This document shows, in pieces, positions 29,128-38,003 of a stretch of 64,000 nt of DNA. The notes beneath the pieces were generated by a model. It saw nothing but the letters and a program-made list of their open reading frames with translations. It made no database searches and had not been told where the DNA came from. The translations under genes were made by a program, and so were the position numbers. Source of the DNA: Thermoanaerobaculia bacterium (lineage in GTDB: Bacteria; Acidobacteriota; Thermoanaerobaculia; UBA5066); contig JBBRRY010000001.1 in the NCBI GenBank assembly GCA_038245905.1, forward strand, positions 1 through 64,000. Reading direction: 5' to 3'. Every line of letters starts with the position of its first letter. Position 1 is the first letter of the stretch.

Positions 29128-31131
29128 CTAAAGGCTCCAGCTCACGTAAAGGCGCCACTCCGACTGCGTCTTGGGCGCCTCCTGAAAGCCGCCCGGGTAC
29201 GTGGTCCTCCGGCCGTACCACGAATACCCGGCGCCCACGCCCAGAAGCCGGGTGAGCGGGATACGGGACGAGGCGCGGAAGAACTGAAGCGTGTTGCTGG
29301 AGGAGCTCCCGTTCGCGGTGCGCGCGTAGGCGACGCCGTAGCCGAGCCTGACGATCTCCCATTCCTTCCGGTAGAGGCGGGCGGCCAGGCGAAAGCCGCC
29401 GCCGGGCGCGTAGTCGTAGGTCCGGCCCGTTTCCGGGTTCAGGAAGTCGGTCGTCCGGATGCCGGCGAGCGGAAACAGAATCGCCGCGACGTCGGTCGAG
29501 ACCTTGAGGTCCGGCCGAAGGTTGTATCGGGAAAGGAGTCCGACGCTGAAGATCTGCGCGGCGAAGATCTGGGACTCGTTGCTGAAGTACTCGTACTCCT
29601 GGAAAACGCCGAGGATGTGTCGCAGCCGCGCGGTCTCATCGCCGAGCTCCCATCCCTTCAGGACGCCGCGACCCTCGACACGCGACACGCCGGTCGTCGC
29701 GACATCGGCCTCGAGCCAGAACGTGTCGAAGGGCTTGCGGATCTCGCCCGCGAAGGCGTCGCCGTAGACCGCCGAGAGGGAGACGATCCCCTGGTTCGGA
29801 TCCGCGGCTCCTGCGCCGATGTGCCGGTAGCCGAGGTCACCGACGACGCTGAAGCGGCTCGGGAGGCGCTCGTCGGGGTTCGAGAACTGGCGGGACATCT
29901 CGCCGTGCACGAGCCGGTTAAAGCCGCCCATCGGATCCACGATTACGCCCGCAAGCTCACGCCAGAATCGCGGGAGCCCGCTCGCCGTGTTGTCGCGGAG
30001 CATCACCCCGAGACGGTGCGCCATCTCCCCGCGGGACATGCCGCCGAACGTGGTGTTCACGATGTCGTTGATCGAGGGCTGGGTGTTCTCCATGCAGCAT
30101 TCCCAGAGGAAGCTGCCCGCCAGCGTGAACGCCCCCGACTCCCAGTAGCCGTAGCCGTTCGATCGCGCGGCGTTGAAGTAAAGGCTGCCGTGAAAGGGGT
30201 GGGCGGCCTGGTTGGTGTTGAAATCGTCGCGGTCGTAACCGAAGCCGGCCTTAAAGTTCTCCTTCACGGTCTGCGTGGAGATGAAGGCGAAATCGTCCTT
30301 GGTGACGTAACGGTCATAAGCCCAGGGCAGGAATTCCACGAGGGCGACTTCGCCCGCGGCCGTGAAGAACCGCTCCGGCGGGGCCGGGCGCCTCGACGGC
30401 GCCGCGAGGACGGCGGGGGAGGTCGGGGACGCCGGCGCGGCTGGGAGATCCCAGATGCGCGGTCCTCCGAACCGATACGACAGCCCGCCGGTGACCTCGG
30501 TGCTCGAGTAGAGGTCCGTCGTGAAACCGTAGCAGCCCAGACTCCCACAGACGACCGCGCCGGTTCCGGGGCTGGCGCTTCTCCAGCGATAGCGGGCGTC
30601 GACGCGGAGGGCGAGGCGCTGGCTCAGATAGAACTTTCCGCCGAGCGCGGCGTTCGCGACGAACCGCGTGTCCGCTTCCGTTTCGACGCCCGGGACGAAC
30701 GGGTGAAGCGTCATGACGCCCCCGCCGAGCCCCATGTACCCGCGTACGCGGCCCGCGCCGAACCCGTAGAGGCCGTTGAGCTCGTAGGTATTGACGTCGA
30801 TCGGCGCGGACGGCGCGAGCGAGGCCCCCGTCGACGGGCTGACCGCGGTGAGTCGTGCGCTTGCCCTGGACAGGCTGACTTCGAGGCTGAAGGTCTTGTC
30901 CACGCTGAAGGCACCACGGAGCCCGAACGCGGCTGATTTGCCGATCTCGATGTCGGTATTCTGGTCCAGGAAGATCCGGCTCCCGACGTAGCCGCCGGCG
31001 AACCCGCCGACTTCCCACCGGCCGGTGTCCTGCGCCATCGCCGGAACGGCCACGAAGCTTGCTCCCGTGAGAAGGGCTGCGGCAAGGCGAGCCGTGAAGC
31101 CCGATGGGGCAGACGACTTTCGAATGTTCAA
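29128..31131 (-). CDS. Outer-membrane beta-barrel plus DUF3943-like domain protein
   Basis: TTG start after GGAAGG-A8; signal peptide ending AMA/QD; OmpA-like barrel ending GGLSYRFG; NQAAHPFHGSLYFNAARSNG motif; C-terminal YVSWSL. Confidence 0.75.
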   Translation of the reverse strand: MNIRKSSAPSGFTARLAAALLTGASFVAVPAMAQDTGRWEVGGFAGGYVGSRIFLDQNTDIEIGKSAAFGLRGAFSVDKTFSLEVSLSRASARLTAVSPSTGASLAPSAPIDVNTYELNGLYGFGAGRVRGYMGLGGGVMTLHPFVPGVETEADTRFVANAALGGKFYLSQRLALRVDARYRWRSASPGTGAVVCGSLGCYGFTTDLYSSTEVTGGLSYRFGGPRIWDLPAAPASPTSPAVLAAPSRRPAPPERFFTAAGEVALVEFLPWAYDRYVTKDDFAFISTQTVKENFKAGFGYDRDDFNTNQAAHPFHGSLYFNAARSNGYGYWESGAFTLAGSFLWECCMENTQPSINDIVNTTFGGMSRGEMAHRLGVMLRDNTASGLPRFWRELAGVIVDPMGGFNRLVHGEMSRQFSNPDERLPSRFSVVGDLGYRHIGAGAADPNQGIVSLSAVYGDAFAGEIRKPFDTFWLEADVATTGVSRVEGRGVLKGWELGDETARLRHILGVFQEYEYFSNESQIFAAQIFSVGLLSRYNLRPDLKVSTDVAAILFPLAGIRTTDFLNPETGRTYDYAPGGGFRLAARLYRKEWEIVRLGYGVAYARTANGSSSSNTLQFFRASSRIPLTRLLGVGAGYSWYGRRTTYPGGFQEAPKTQSEWRLYVSWSL

Positions 31132-31163
31132 ATTTTTTTTCCTTCCGCTGAGCGGGGCCTTGG

Positions 31164-32102
31164 TCAGAAGTCGAGGCTCGCCGAGACACCGAGCGTGCCC
31201 GCGCTCAGGATCGGGAGGATCGTCAGTTGAGCACCGCCGCTCTCCGGCTCCGCCTCGCCCGACCGGAGTTTCCGGTTGAAGTGCACGACGGACCGGCCGA
31301 CCGCCGTGCCGATCGCCGCCGCCACGACCACGTCGGTCGGGAAGTGCTTGCCCCGTTGTACGCGAACGTATGCCGTCACCGCGGCCGCTCCGTACGCCGT
31401 GACCTTCACCCAGAGCTGGTCGTAGGAAGTCGCGATCACCGAAGCGACTGCGAACGCCTGGGTGGTGTGGCCCGAGGGAAACGACCGTCCTTCGAACGGA
31501 TGGAACGCATATGCGCCCTGGCTCTCTGTCGGCCGCTCGCGTCCGATCAGTGACGAGAGGACCGGCGTGATCATTCCGCTGGCGATCAGGCTGGCCGAGA
31601 GCCCATCGAAAAACACATTCTTCGCCTTCGAGTCGTGTCCGATCGCGCCAGCCAGATAGAACCCGCCGAGAAGCAGGAACGAGCGGCCGTCGCCCAGTCC
31701 CTCGAGCGTGTCCCCGACGAAACCGAGCGTGGATCCGCCTTCGCGCGCCCTGTCGCTCAACGCCTCGTCCGCGCGCGTCAGCGCGACGACTGCGGCCGTT
31801 GATGCCGAGAACAGAATCCATTCCCGGCCTCGCCAGTGGATCGGCGAGGTCAGGACGTGCCCCGTATCGAGGAGCACCATCTTCGGGAACGACGGAGGCC
31901 GGAATGGTTTCGGCTCCTCGACGGGAGCGGGTGGAACCGCGGCCGAGACCGGTGACGGCTCGATCCGTTCCTTCTCTTCCGTTTCTTCCGCCCTGCTGGA
32001 TGCCTGGATCGTCTCGGCCGCCGGGTACCGTGGAGTCACCTCCTGCGCGGTCGCCGGCGATGCAGACGCGCAGACTGAGACGATCAGGAGAATCGCGAAC
32101 AT
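31164..32102 (-). CDS. PAP2-family phosphatase
   Basis: GRERP, SFPSGH, RVQRGKHFPTDV motifs; N-terminal signal peptide. Confidence 0.88.
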   Translation of the reverse strand: MFAILLIVSVCASASPATAQEVTPRYPAAETIQASSRAEETEEKERIEPSPVSAAVPPAPVEEPKPFRPPSFPKMVLLDTGHVLTSPIHWRGREWILFSASTAAVVALTRADEALSDRAREGGSTLGFVGDTLEGLGDGRSFLLLGGFYLAGAIGHDSKAKNVFFDGLSASLIASGMITPVLSSLIGRERPTESQGAYAFHPFEGRSFPSGHTTQAFAVASVIATSYDQLWVKVTAYGAAAVTAYVRVQRGKHFPTDVVVAAAIGTAVGRSVVHFNRKLRSGEAEPESGGAQLTILPILSAGTLGVSASLDF

Positions 32103-32145
32103 TGGACCTCGTCTCGTCGGTGCATTCCTCAATGTCGGGTGATCC

Positions 32146-32160
32146 GCAAGTTGCGTGCCG
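32146..32160 (-). promoter_or_regulatory. Sigma54 -24/-12 promoter (PAP2/OM-barrel unit)
   Basis: CGGCACG-CAAC-TTGC on the minus strand, about 44 nt upstream of the PAP2 ATG. Confidence 0.75.
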
Positions 32161-32169
32161 GGCGTTTCG

Positions 32170-32184
32170 TGGCACGAGAGTTGC
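32170..32184 (+). promoter_or_regulatory. Sigma54 -24/-12 promoter (lipoprotein)
   Basis: TGGCACG-AGAG-TTGC, a consensus match, 34 nt upstream of ATG 32219. Confidence 0.85.
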
Positions 32185-32218
32185 GCTGTTCAGCACCGAC
32201 ACGAAAGGCAAGATCATA

Positions 32219-32872
32219 ATGAAAAGCAATTCCATCTCGACCGCAGTGTCGTGCCTCGGATCGGCGACCCTCGTTCTCGGTCTCGCCTGCGCCTCGAGCG
32301 GCCCTTCCCGCTCCGCGAAGACGGTGGAAACAATGGACGAGACCCACGCGGGCCTTACGAAGGTACGCACGCAGATCGACCGAACGTTGACGTCCCTGAG
32401 CGACCTGATGAGCGCCGGCCCGGAGAGGCTCCGGCCGACGTACAGCGCGTTCAGCAAGGACGTCGACAAGCTGCGAGCCGACGCCGTGCAGACGAAGAAC
32501 CGCTTTCGGAACATGAAGACGAAGAGAAACGACTATCTCGCGGCTTGGGGAAAGGAGCAGGGCCGTGTGAGCGACCCAGAGCTCCGGCAGATCGGCGACG
32601 CCCGTCGCTCGGAGGCTACGGCGAGCCTGGACAGGGCGATCGAGTCGCTGACGGTCGCGAACGAGGCATTCGACCCGTTCCTGAATAACCTCGCCGATGT
32701 CCAGAAGGTCCTCGGCAACGACCTTACTCCCGCGGGCCAGAGGCTCGTCTCGAACACCGCCGTCGTCCAGGGCGTCAACGACAAGGGAGCCCGCGTGGCG
32801 CGGAGCATCGACATCGCGCTCGCGGCGCTCTCGAACGTTTCGGGTCAGCTTTCTCCGAGCGCGGTGAAGTAG
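32219..32872 (+). CDS. Coiled-coil lipoprotein (DUF2959-like)
   Basis: Lipobox LGLAC; all-helical; DVQKVLGNDLTPAG motif. Confidence 0.75.
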   Translation: MKSNSISTAVSCLGSATLVLGLACASSGPSRSAKTVETMDETHAGLTKVRTQIDRTLTSLSDLMSAGPERLRPTYSAFSKDVDKLRADAVQTKNRFRNMKTKRNDYLAAWGKEQGRVSDPELRQIGDARRSEATASLDRAIESLTVANEAFDPFLNNLADVQKVLGNDLTPAGQRLVSNTAVVQGVNDKGARVARSIDIALAALSNVSGQLSPSAVK

Positions 32873-32876
32873 AGGC

Positions 32877-33506
32877 TCAGGGCTCGAGCCGGGACGCGTG
32901 CACGATGAACCGGTTCGGCGCATTCCCCACGTACGTGAACGGATAGCACGTCACGAGCGTGAGGACGGCGTCGCCGGTCGGGTCGAGAATCCGCGTCGCC
33001 TCCGGCGCGACCACCTCGGTCGACGCTACGCGGTACTCGTAGCGGCGGCCGGCCGTGCGTATGCGGATCGTGTCGTCGACCCGGATGTGCTTGAGCGCGC
33101 GGAAAAAAGAATCCCGGTGACCCGCGAGGGCCATGTTGCCCCGCTCGCCGGGCCGCGCCGTGCCGGGGATGTGTCCGACCGCCACGGAAAGAGTCGCGTC
33201 GTCGTCACCTTCCCGCACGATCGCCGAGACCCCGATCCGCGGGATGTCGATCCGGCCGAGAACGAGCGGATCGACGTCCAAGGCAGCCGCGGACGGTCCC
33301 TCGGACGCCGGCGTCGAAGCGGGCGCGACCCGGGATGCTGACGCGCCGGCCCTTCGCTCCACTTCGGAAAAGGCGCGCCCCTGGCGCGCCTGGTAGACCC
33401 GGCTGTTGACGATCGCTACGAGGGCCACGCCGAGGAGAGAGAGGCCGATCGCGCAGAGCGCGAGATCGGCCCCGTGGAACCACCGTGCGATGCCGGACCT
33501 GGTCAC
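32877..33506 (-). CDS. Sortase (class D-like)
   Basis: N-terminal TM anchor, GRIDIPRIG, AGHRD (His), TLVTC (Cys), RFIV (Arg). Confidence 0.93.
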   Translation of the reverse strand: MTRSGIARWFHGADLALCAIGLSLLGVALVAIVNSRVYQARQGRAFSEVERRAGASASRVAPASTPASEGPSAAALDVDPLVLGRIDIPRIGVSAIVREGDDDATLSVAVGHIPGTARPGERGNMALAGHRDSFFRALKHIRVDDTIRIRTAGRRYEYRVASTEVVAPEATRILDPTGDAVLTLVTCYPFTYVGNAPNRFIVHASRLEP

Positions 33507-34201
33507 ACCGCCCGGTTCGCGAGTGCGCGAAGCCCGAAAGCGCCGCCCAGAGACAAGAGCCCCAGCGCGGCGAAGAGGGGAACGTGACTTGCGGTCGCCG
33601 GCAGCTGCTTGACGGGACGGGCCTCCGCCACGACGGCGACCGGCACCGGCGCTTTCTGAACTACGACCACCGGCTCTTCGTACGGCTTCACGTTCTGATC
33701 CGGCGTCACGACCGTGAAGGTCGCCGTCTTGTAATCAGCTTCCTTGACCTCGTCGGGGATCGCGATCACGGGCTCCTTGGCCAAGGCCGCGAGCTCCATA
33801 GCGCGCCGCTTCGGATAGATGATGTCCTGGCCGTTCGTCGTGTCGCGAGCGAACCACGTGCGAAGCGCCCTGGGTTGACCTGCCGCGGCCGTGTAATAGA
33901 TGTAGCGGCTGGTTGGCACCACCTCGTTCGGCCGGAGGGTGTGCGGCGTGGCGAGGACGCTGGCGAAGACCTTCGTCTGCTCCTCGTTCGTGACCTGAAT
34001 CATGTTGCGGTTGGACGCGAGCATCACGACCTTGATCAGGTACGTTCCCGGCTGAAGGGTGACGCCCCCTACATCGACCGGCTCCGTCACGGTGAAGGTC
34101 GAGTTCTCCCGATCGCTCTGCGCATAGGCGGCGGGCGTCGATACGATCCCGAGGAGCGTCGCGAACGCGCCCAAGGCCAGGCATTTCATCAGCGTTTTCA
34201 T
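33503..34201 (-). CDS. Secreted protein with LPxTA sorting signal (sortase substrate)
   Basis: Signal peptide; C-terminal LPATAS, hydrophobic TM and basic tail; overlaps the sortase start. Confidence 0.85.
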   Translation of the reverse strand: MKTLMKCLALGAFATLLGIVSTPAAYAQSDRENSTFTVTEPVDVGGVTLQPGTYLIKVVMLASNRNMIQVTNEEQTKVFASVLATPHTLRPNEVVPTSRYIYYTAAAGQPRALRTWFARDTTNGQDIIYPKRRAMELAALAKEPVIAIPDEVKEADYKTATFTVVTPDQNVKPYEEPVVVVQKAPVPVAVVAEARPVKQLPATASHVPLFAALGLLSLGGAFGLRALANRAV

Positions 34202-34274
34202 CTCAAACCTCTTCTTTCTTCTTGATGTTGATGGACTCTGGACAGACCGGAGACGGTCCAGCAGCCGGAGGAGC

Positions 34275-34829
34275 TCAGTTGAGAAGGTTGACGACCTTCT
34301 TGACGCCCTCGATCGAACGGGTCTTCTTGATTGCGGCCTTCGAGGACTCGGGGTTGTCGAGCTTGCCGCGCAGGCTGACGACGCCGTCGACGACCTCGAC
34401 CTCGATCTTGAGTGCGTTCCTTCCGATCTCGGTCAGGAGGATTCCCTTGACCTTCAATTCGAGGGCCACGTTCTTCACGGAGGCTTCGCTTGCGGCCAAC
34501 GGCCCGGCGGCGTCCTTCACCGTCACCTTGTTGTCGACCTTCTTGATCCCGTCGACCGACAGGGCGACCTCCTCGGCGAGGCCCTGGCTGGGTGACTTCG
34601 CCACTTCACCGGTGAGCGTGGCTGTCTCTCCGGAGACAGAGACGCTGATCCGGAGGGCGTCTGCGCCGAGCTTGTCGATCAGTCTGGCCCTGACGGAGGT
34701 GGCATTGAGCGCGTCGGAGACTTCCGTAGGAACCGCATGGGAGGTGTCTGCGGCGTTCGCGGGTGACGCCACGAGAAGCCATGTGAGGGAGAGGGTTGCC
34801 GCGAGGATCGGTACAAAGTTCCTTTTCAT
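34275..34829 (-). CDS. Two-BON-domain periplasmic protein (OsmY-like)
   Basis: Signal peptide; two repeats ending VDGIKKVDNKV and IEGVKKVVNLL; AGGAG RBS. Confidence 0.88.
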   Translation of the reverse strand: MKRNFVPILAATLSLTWLLVASPANAADTSHAVPTEVSDALNATSVRARLIDKLGADALRISVSVSGETATLTGEVAKSPSQGLAEEVALSVDGIKKVDNKVTVKDAAGPLAASEASVKNVALELKVKGILLTEIGRNALKIEVEVVDGVVSLRGKLDNPESSKAAIKKTRSIEGVKKVVNLLN

Positions 34830-34858
34830 TGAATGAATCTCCTGCTCTGCCTCACAGC

Positions 34859-34873
34859 GCAATTCCCCTGCCA
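34859..34873 (-). promoter_or_regulatory. Sigma54 -24/-12 promoter (BON-LPxTA-sortase unit)
   Basis: TGGCAGG-GGAA-TTGC on the minus strand, 29 nt upstream of the BON ATG. Confidence 0.8.
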
Positions 34874-34927
34874 GGTGCGGTTCGAACGGCACGACGTCTT
34901 CACGACCGATTCGCTCTTCAAAACGGC

Positions 34928-34956
34928 CGCCCCCCGGTGAGCCCGGCCGGGGGGCG
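34928..34956 (-). terminator. Putative terminator hairpin after csbD
   Basis: Perfect 10-bp stem CGCCCCCCGG/CCGGGGGGCG, 9-nt loop, then GCCGTTTT on the minus strand. Confidence 0.5.
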
Positions 34957-34989
34957 CGTAACGTGCAGAACGTTCCGATCCGACTCGAA

Positions 34990-35193
34990 TTATTTCTTGA
35001 TGGCGTTGCCGAGATCCGTCAGAGCCTGGCCGACTTTGTGGCTCACCTTGCCGAGACCCTCTTCGATCGCGCCCGTCGTGCGCTGAGCCGCACCCTCCCA
35101 TTCCATCTTCTTGTTGCCCGAGAGGATTCCAACGGCCTCTTTCACTTTCCCCTTGGCCTTGTTCACTTTCCCGTCGACTTCCTGCTGTTTCAT
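34990..35193 (-). CDS. csbD: CsbD-family general stress protein
   Basis: GKVNKAKGKVKEAVG.L.GN..EG pattern; 67 aa; AAGGAG RBS. Confidence 0.9.
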   Translation of the reverse strand: MKQQEVDGKVNKAKGKVKEAVGILSGNKKMEWEGAAQRTTGAIEEGLGKVSHKVGQALTDLGNAIKK

Positions 35194-35230
35194 GGTGTTC
35201 TCCTTTCCGTACTTTCCGTGAGAGGGATAC

Positions 35231-35245
35231 GCATGCGCTATGCCA
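35231..35245 (-). promoter_or_regulatory. Sigma54 -24/-12 promoter (csbD)
   Basis: TGGCATA-GCGC-ATGC on the minus strand, 37 nt upstream of the csbD ATG. Confidence 0.7.
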
Positions 35246-35256
35246 TGCGGGGCCCA

Positions 35257-35784
35257 TTACGACTTGGGCGTGCTCTCCTCAGTGTTCGGTGCGGGGGCCA
35301 TCCCCGTCTTCATCATCGGGCAGTCCATTCCGCCCCTTCCGCCGTTCATGTGCATGTGATGGTCCATGTGCGCCATCGTCCCGTGATGCATCTCCATCAT
35401 CATCGAGCGAGAGGCCTTGCGCTGGGCGACGAGCTCGTTGAGGACGGCCGCCATCGGCCTCTCCAGGGCGCCGACATCCTTGGACGCCTTGGCGGCGTTC
35501 ATTTCCGCCACGAGCTTGTCCAGCGTGGCGTCCATCGCGAGCATCTTGTCCTGCATTTCCTGCTTCTTCGCCATCATGGATTCGCATTCCGCTTTCATGG
35601 CGTCGGTATGCTTGGCCGTTGCCGCGCTGCCCCTGTGGTGGCCCGTCATGGAGGTCGTCCGCGGGCTCTTGGCGGCCGTGGAGGGAGCTGCAGGCGGAGG
35701 CGTCTGGGCGCCGGCGCTCACGGCCAACGCGAGCGCGGTCGCGGCAATTGCGCCTGGAACGAGAGCGCGGAGGTGCATGTTCAT
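35257..35784 (-). CDS. Secreted Met/His-rich helical protein (possible metal binder)
   Basis: Signal peptide; MMMEMHHGTMAHMDHHMHM and CPMM; GAGGA RBS. Confidence 0.7.
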   Translation of the reverse strand: MNMHLRALVPGAIAATALALAVSAGAQTPPPAAPSTAAKSPRTTSMTGHHRGSAATAKHTDAMKAECESMMAKKQEMQDKMLAMDATLDKLVAEMNAAKASKDVGALERPMAAVLNELVAQRKASRSMMMEMHHGTMAHMDHHMHMNGGRGGMDCPMMKTGMAPAPNTEESTPKS

Positions 35785-35861
35785 TGTCGTTTTCCTCATT
35801 GCGGCCCAAGGGACCGCGCGTTTGGGCGCCTTGGGGTCGCCAGGCGCGGATGAAAGTGCGG

Positions 35862-36080
35862 CTACTTCTTCGCGCGAACGAAGAGCAGAACCCCGCCGAC
35901 CACGATCGCCGAGACGCCGGCCCACACCGGCACGTTGACGCTCTCCTTTTCCTTGATCGCAAACTCGAGCGGCCCGATCTTTGTCTGATGTGTCTTTTTG
36001 GTGTAACTGAAGCCGCCGTACAAGAGCGCGAGAACGCCCGCGACGAGAAGAACGAGAGCGACGCCTTTGGACCTGTCCAT
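35862..36080 (-). CDS. Small 2-TM membrane protein (DUF3185-like)
   Basis: TM-GGFSYT..KIGPL..VPVWAG-TM; AAGGAGG RBS. Confidence 0.75.
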   Translation of the reverse strand: MDRSKGVALVLLVAGVLALLYGGFSYTKKTHQTKIGPLEFAIKEKESVNVPVWAGVSAIVVGGVLLFVRAKK

Positions 36081-36142
36081 CTAGTGGCCTCCTTCGGAAC
36101 AGCAGTTCGTGTCCATTTCTGACTTCACGAGCTTGAAGAGCA

Positions 36143-36211
36143 GCCGATCGGCCCGGCGCCCACGATCGCCACGGTGTCTCCCGGCTTCACCTGGCCGTTC
36201 AGGACCCCGCA
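36143..36211 (-). pseudogene. Relic fragment of a zinc-dependent alcohol dehydrogenase
   Basis: Translates CGVLNGQVKPGDTVAIVGAGPIG (MDR Rossmann GxGxxG segment), with an in-frame TGA immediately upstream. Confidence 0.75.
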
Positions 36212-36229
36212 TCATGTCTCGAGGCTTTC

Positions 36230-36244
36230 GCAACAACGATGCCG
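36230..36244 (-). promoter_or_regulatory. Sigma54 -24/-12 promoter (ADH relic / DUF3185 unit)
   Basis: CGGCATC-GTTG-TTGC on the minus strand. Confidence 0.65.
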
Positions 36245-36353
36245 CATGGCCGTCGCACCGCCGTCGAGCCGGGCGTGTGCGCGGCGGCACGTTTTGCCGA
36301 ATCGTGCGGAAAAGTGTGCCGATGTTTTATGCTCCTCGCGAGGCCCTTTTTCG

Positions 36354-38003
36354 ATGCCTGACCCGCTCCGCGTTCTGCTTGTCGACGCCGACGAGGCCGC
36401 CGTCGCTCTGATGCGCGGCCATATGGCAGAGATGAAGGCTCCAATCGACATGGAGCGGGCCGCGAGCTTCGGCGTCGGCCTCGAGCAGATGACGTCACAC
36501 CACTACGACGCCCACCTCGTCGCCTCCCGGATCGGCACACGGAGCGGGTTAGAGCTCCTGCGCGCCTACCGCGAGTCCGGCGGCGATGGTGCCGTGATCC
36601 TGATCGCGGACGAGCCGGACCGGGCCGAGGACCTCTCAGCTCTGGAGAGCGGCGCCTCGGACTACCTCGTCCGAGATCGTCTCGATGCGACCCTGCTGGA
36701 GAAATCCATTCGGTACGCGGTCGAGGAGTCGAGGCGCGCGGCGGGCCTCCGCCGCGTTCGAGACGAGTTCGAGACTCGGGTCGCCGAGCGGGCCGACGTG
36801 CTCGAAACCATGAACGAAGCACTGGCGGCCGAGGTGGCCGAGCGGCGGGCGGCCGAGCGTGCGCTACGCGAGGAGGACCGCCGGAAGGACGCGTTCTTCG
36901 CCACGCTGGCACACGAGCTCCGCAATCCCCTCGCGCCGCTGTCGTTCGCGACCGAGATCCTGTCGCGGACGAGCGACACGCCCGAGGAGCAGGCGAGGCG
37001 CGAACGCGCCCTGCGCGTGATCGAGCGTCAGGTCGCGCACATGGTGCGTTTGATCGACGATCTTCTCGACCACTCCCGTATCACGCACGGGAAGCTGGAT
37101 CTGCGCCGCGAGCGGGTGTCCCTCGCGGTCGTCATCGAGAACGCGCTCGAAACGGCAAGGCCTCTTCTAATCGGTCGCCGGCAGGCGTTCGAGCTGATCG
37201 TGCCCGAGGTGCCGGTGCCCCTGCATGTCGATCCGATGCGTCTCGCGCAGGTTTTGTCGAACCTTCTCTCGAACGCCGCCAAGTTCACCGAGCCGGGCGG
37301 ACGCATCCGCCTCGAGGCCGTTCGAGACGGAAATGACGTCGTGGTGTCGGTCGTCGACTCCGGGATCGGGATCCCGGCGGCGCACCTTGCGCACGTCTTC
37401 ACGATGTTCGGTCAGGGGCACCGCGCGCAGAAGGCAGTCTTCGGAGGACTCGGGATCGGCCTCGCTCTTGCGAAGGGCCTCGCCGAGCTGCACGGCGGCA
37501 CTCTGACTGCGGCGAGCGACGGCGAGGGGAAGGGGAGTGTCTTCACGCTCCGTCTCGCGTGCGCGGCAGACCACTCCGCCGCTCCGGTGGCGACGCAGAC
37601 TCCGCCGAGTGTGACGCCGCCCTCACGCCGGATCCTCGTCGTCGACGACAACGTCGAGGCCGCTCTCACGCTCGCCGAGCTGCTGGCGCTCGAGGGGCAC
37701 GAGACGCACGTCGCGCACGACGGCCCGGCCGCCGTCGATGCCGCGCGGCGCCTGAGCCCCGACGTCGCGATTCTCGACATCGGCCTGCCCGGGTTCGACG
37801 GGCTCGAGGTGGCGCGCCGTCTCCGGGCGGAGCCGGGACTCGGGGACCTTCTCCTCGTGGCTCTCTCGGGCTGGGTCCAGCCGGACGATCGGGAACGATC
37901 CCGGGAGGCTGGCTTCGACTATCACTTCGCGAAGCCGATCCGGCTCAAGAGCCTCGAGCTCGTCCTCCTGGAAGCGCGGGGTGATCGAGGCCGTAATGCT
38001 TGA
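36354..38003 (+). CDS. Cytoplasmic hybrid histidine kinase (pseudoREC-HisKA-HATPase-REC)
   Basis: [29 protein letters not shown]; C-terminal [13 protein letters not shown]; N-terminal REC lacks the phospho-Asp (HLVASRIG); no TM. Confidence 0.92.
   Translation: MPDPLRVLLVDADEAAVALMRGHMAEMKAPIDMERAASFGVGLEQMTSHHYDAHLVASRIGTRSGLELLRAYRESGGDGAVILIADEPDRAEDLSALESGASDYLVRDRLDATLLEKSIRYAVEESRRAAGLRRVRDEFETRVAERADVLETMNEALAAEVAERRAAERALREEDRRKDAFFATLAHELRNPLAPLSFATEILSRTSDTPEEQARRERALRVIERQVAHMVRLIDDLLDHSRITHGKLDLRRERVSLAVVIENALETARPLLIGRRQAFELIVPEVPVPLHVDPMRLAQVLSNLLSNAAKFTEPGGRIRLEAVRDGNDVVVSVVDSGIGIPAAHLAHVFTMFGQGHRAQKAVFGGLGIGLALAKGLAELHGGTLTAASDGEGKGSVFTLRLACAADHSAAPVATQTPPSVTPPSRRILVVDDNVEAALTLAELLALEGHETHVAHDGPAAVDAARRLSPDVAILDIGLPGFDGLEVARRLRAEPGLGDLLLVALSGWVQPDDRERSREAGFDYHFAKPIRLKSLELVLLEARGDRGRNA

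Noticed and set aside
29128-32514. 1128-aa ORF as one protein
   Set aside because: The first ~460 aa overlap the PAP2 and lipoprotein genes; a signal peptide and RBS place the start at 31131.
36081-36290. 69-aa ORF as a real gene
   Set aside because: It is an off-frame reading of the ADH relic and promoter DNA.
36285-36297. CGGCACGTTTTGC as a plus-strand sigma54 promoter for the kinase
   Set aside because: GG-to-GC spacing is 8, not the required 10; treated as a possible enhancer instead.
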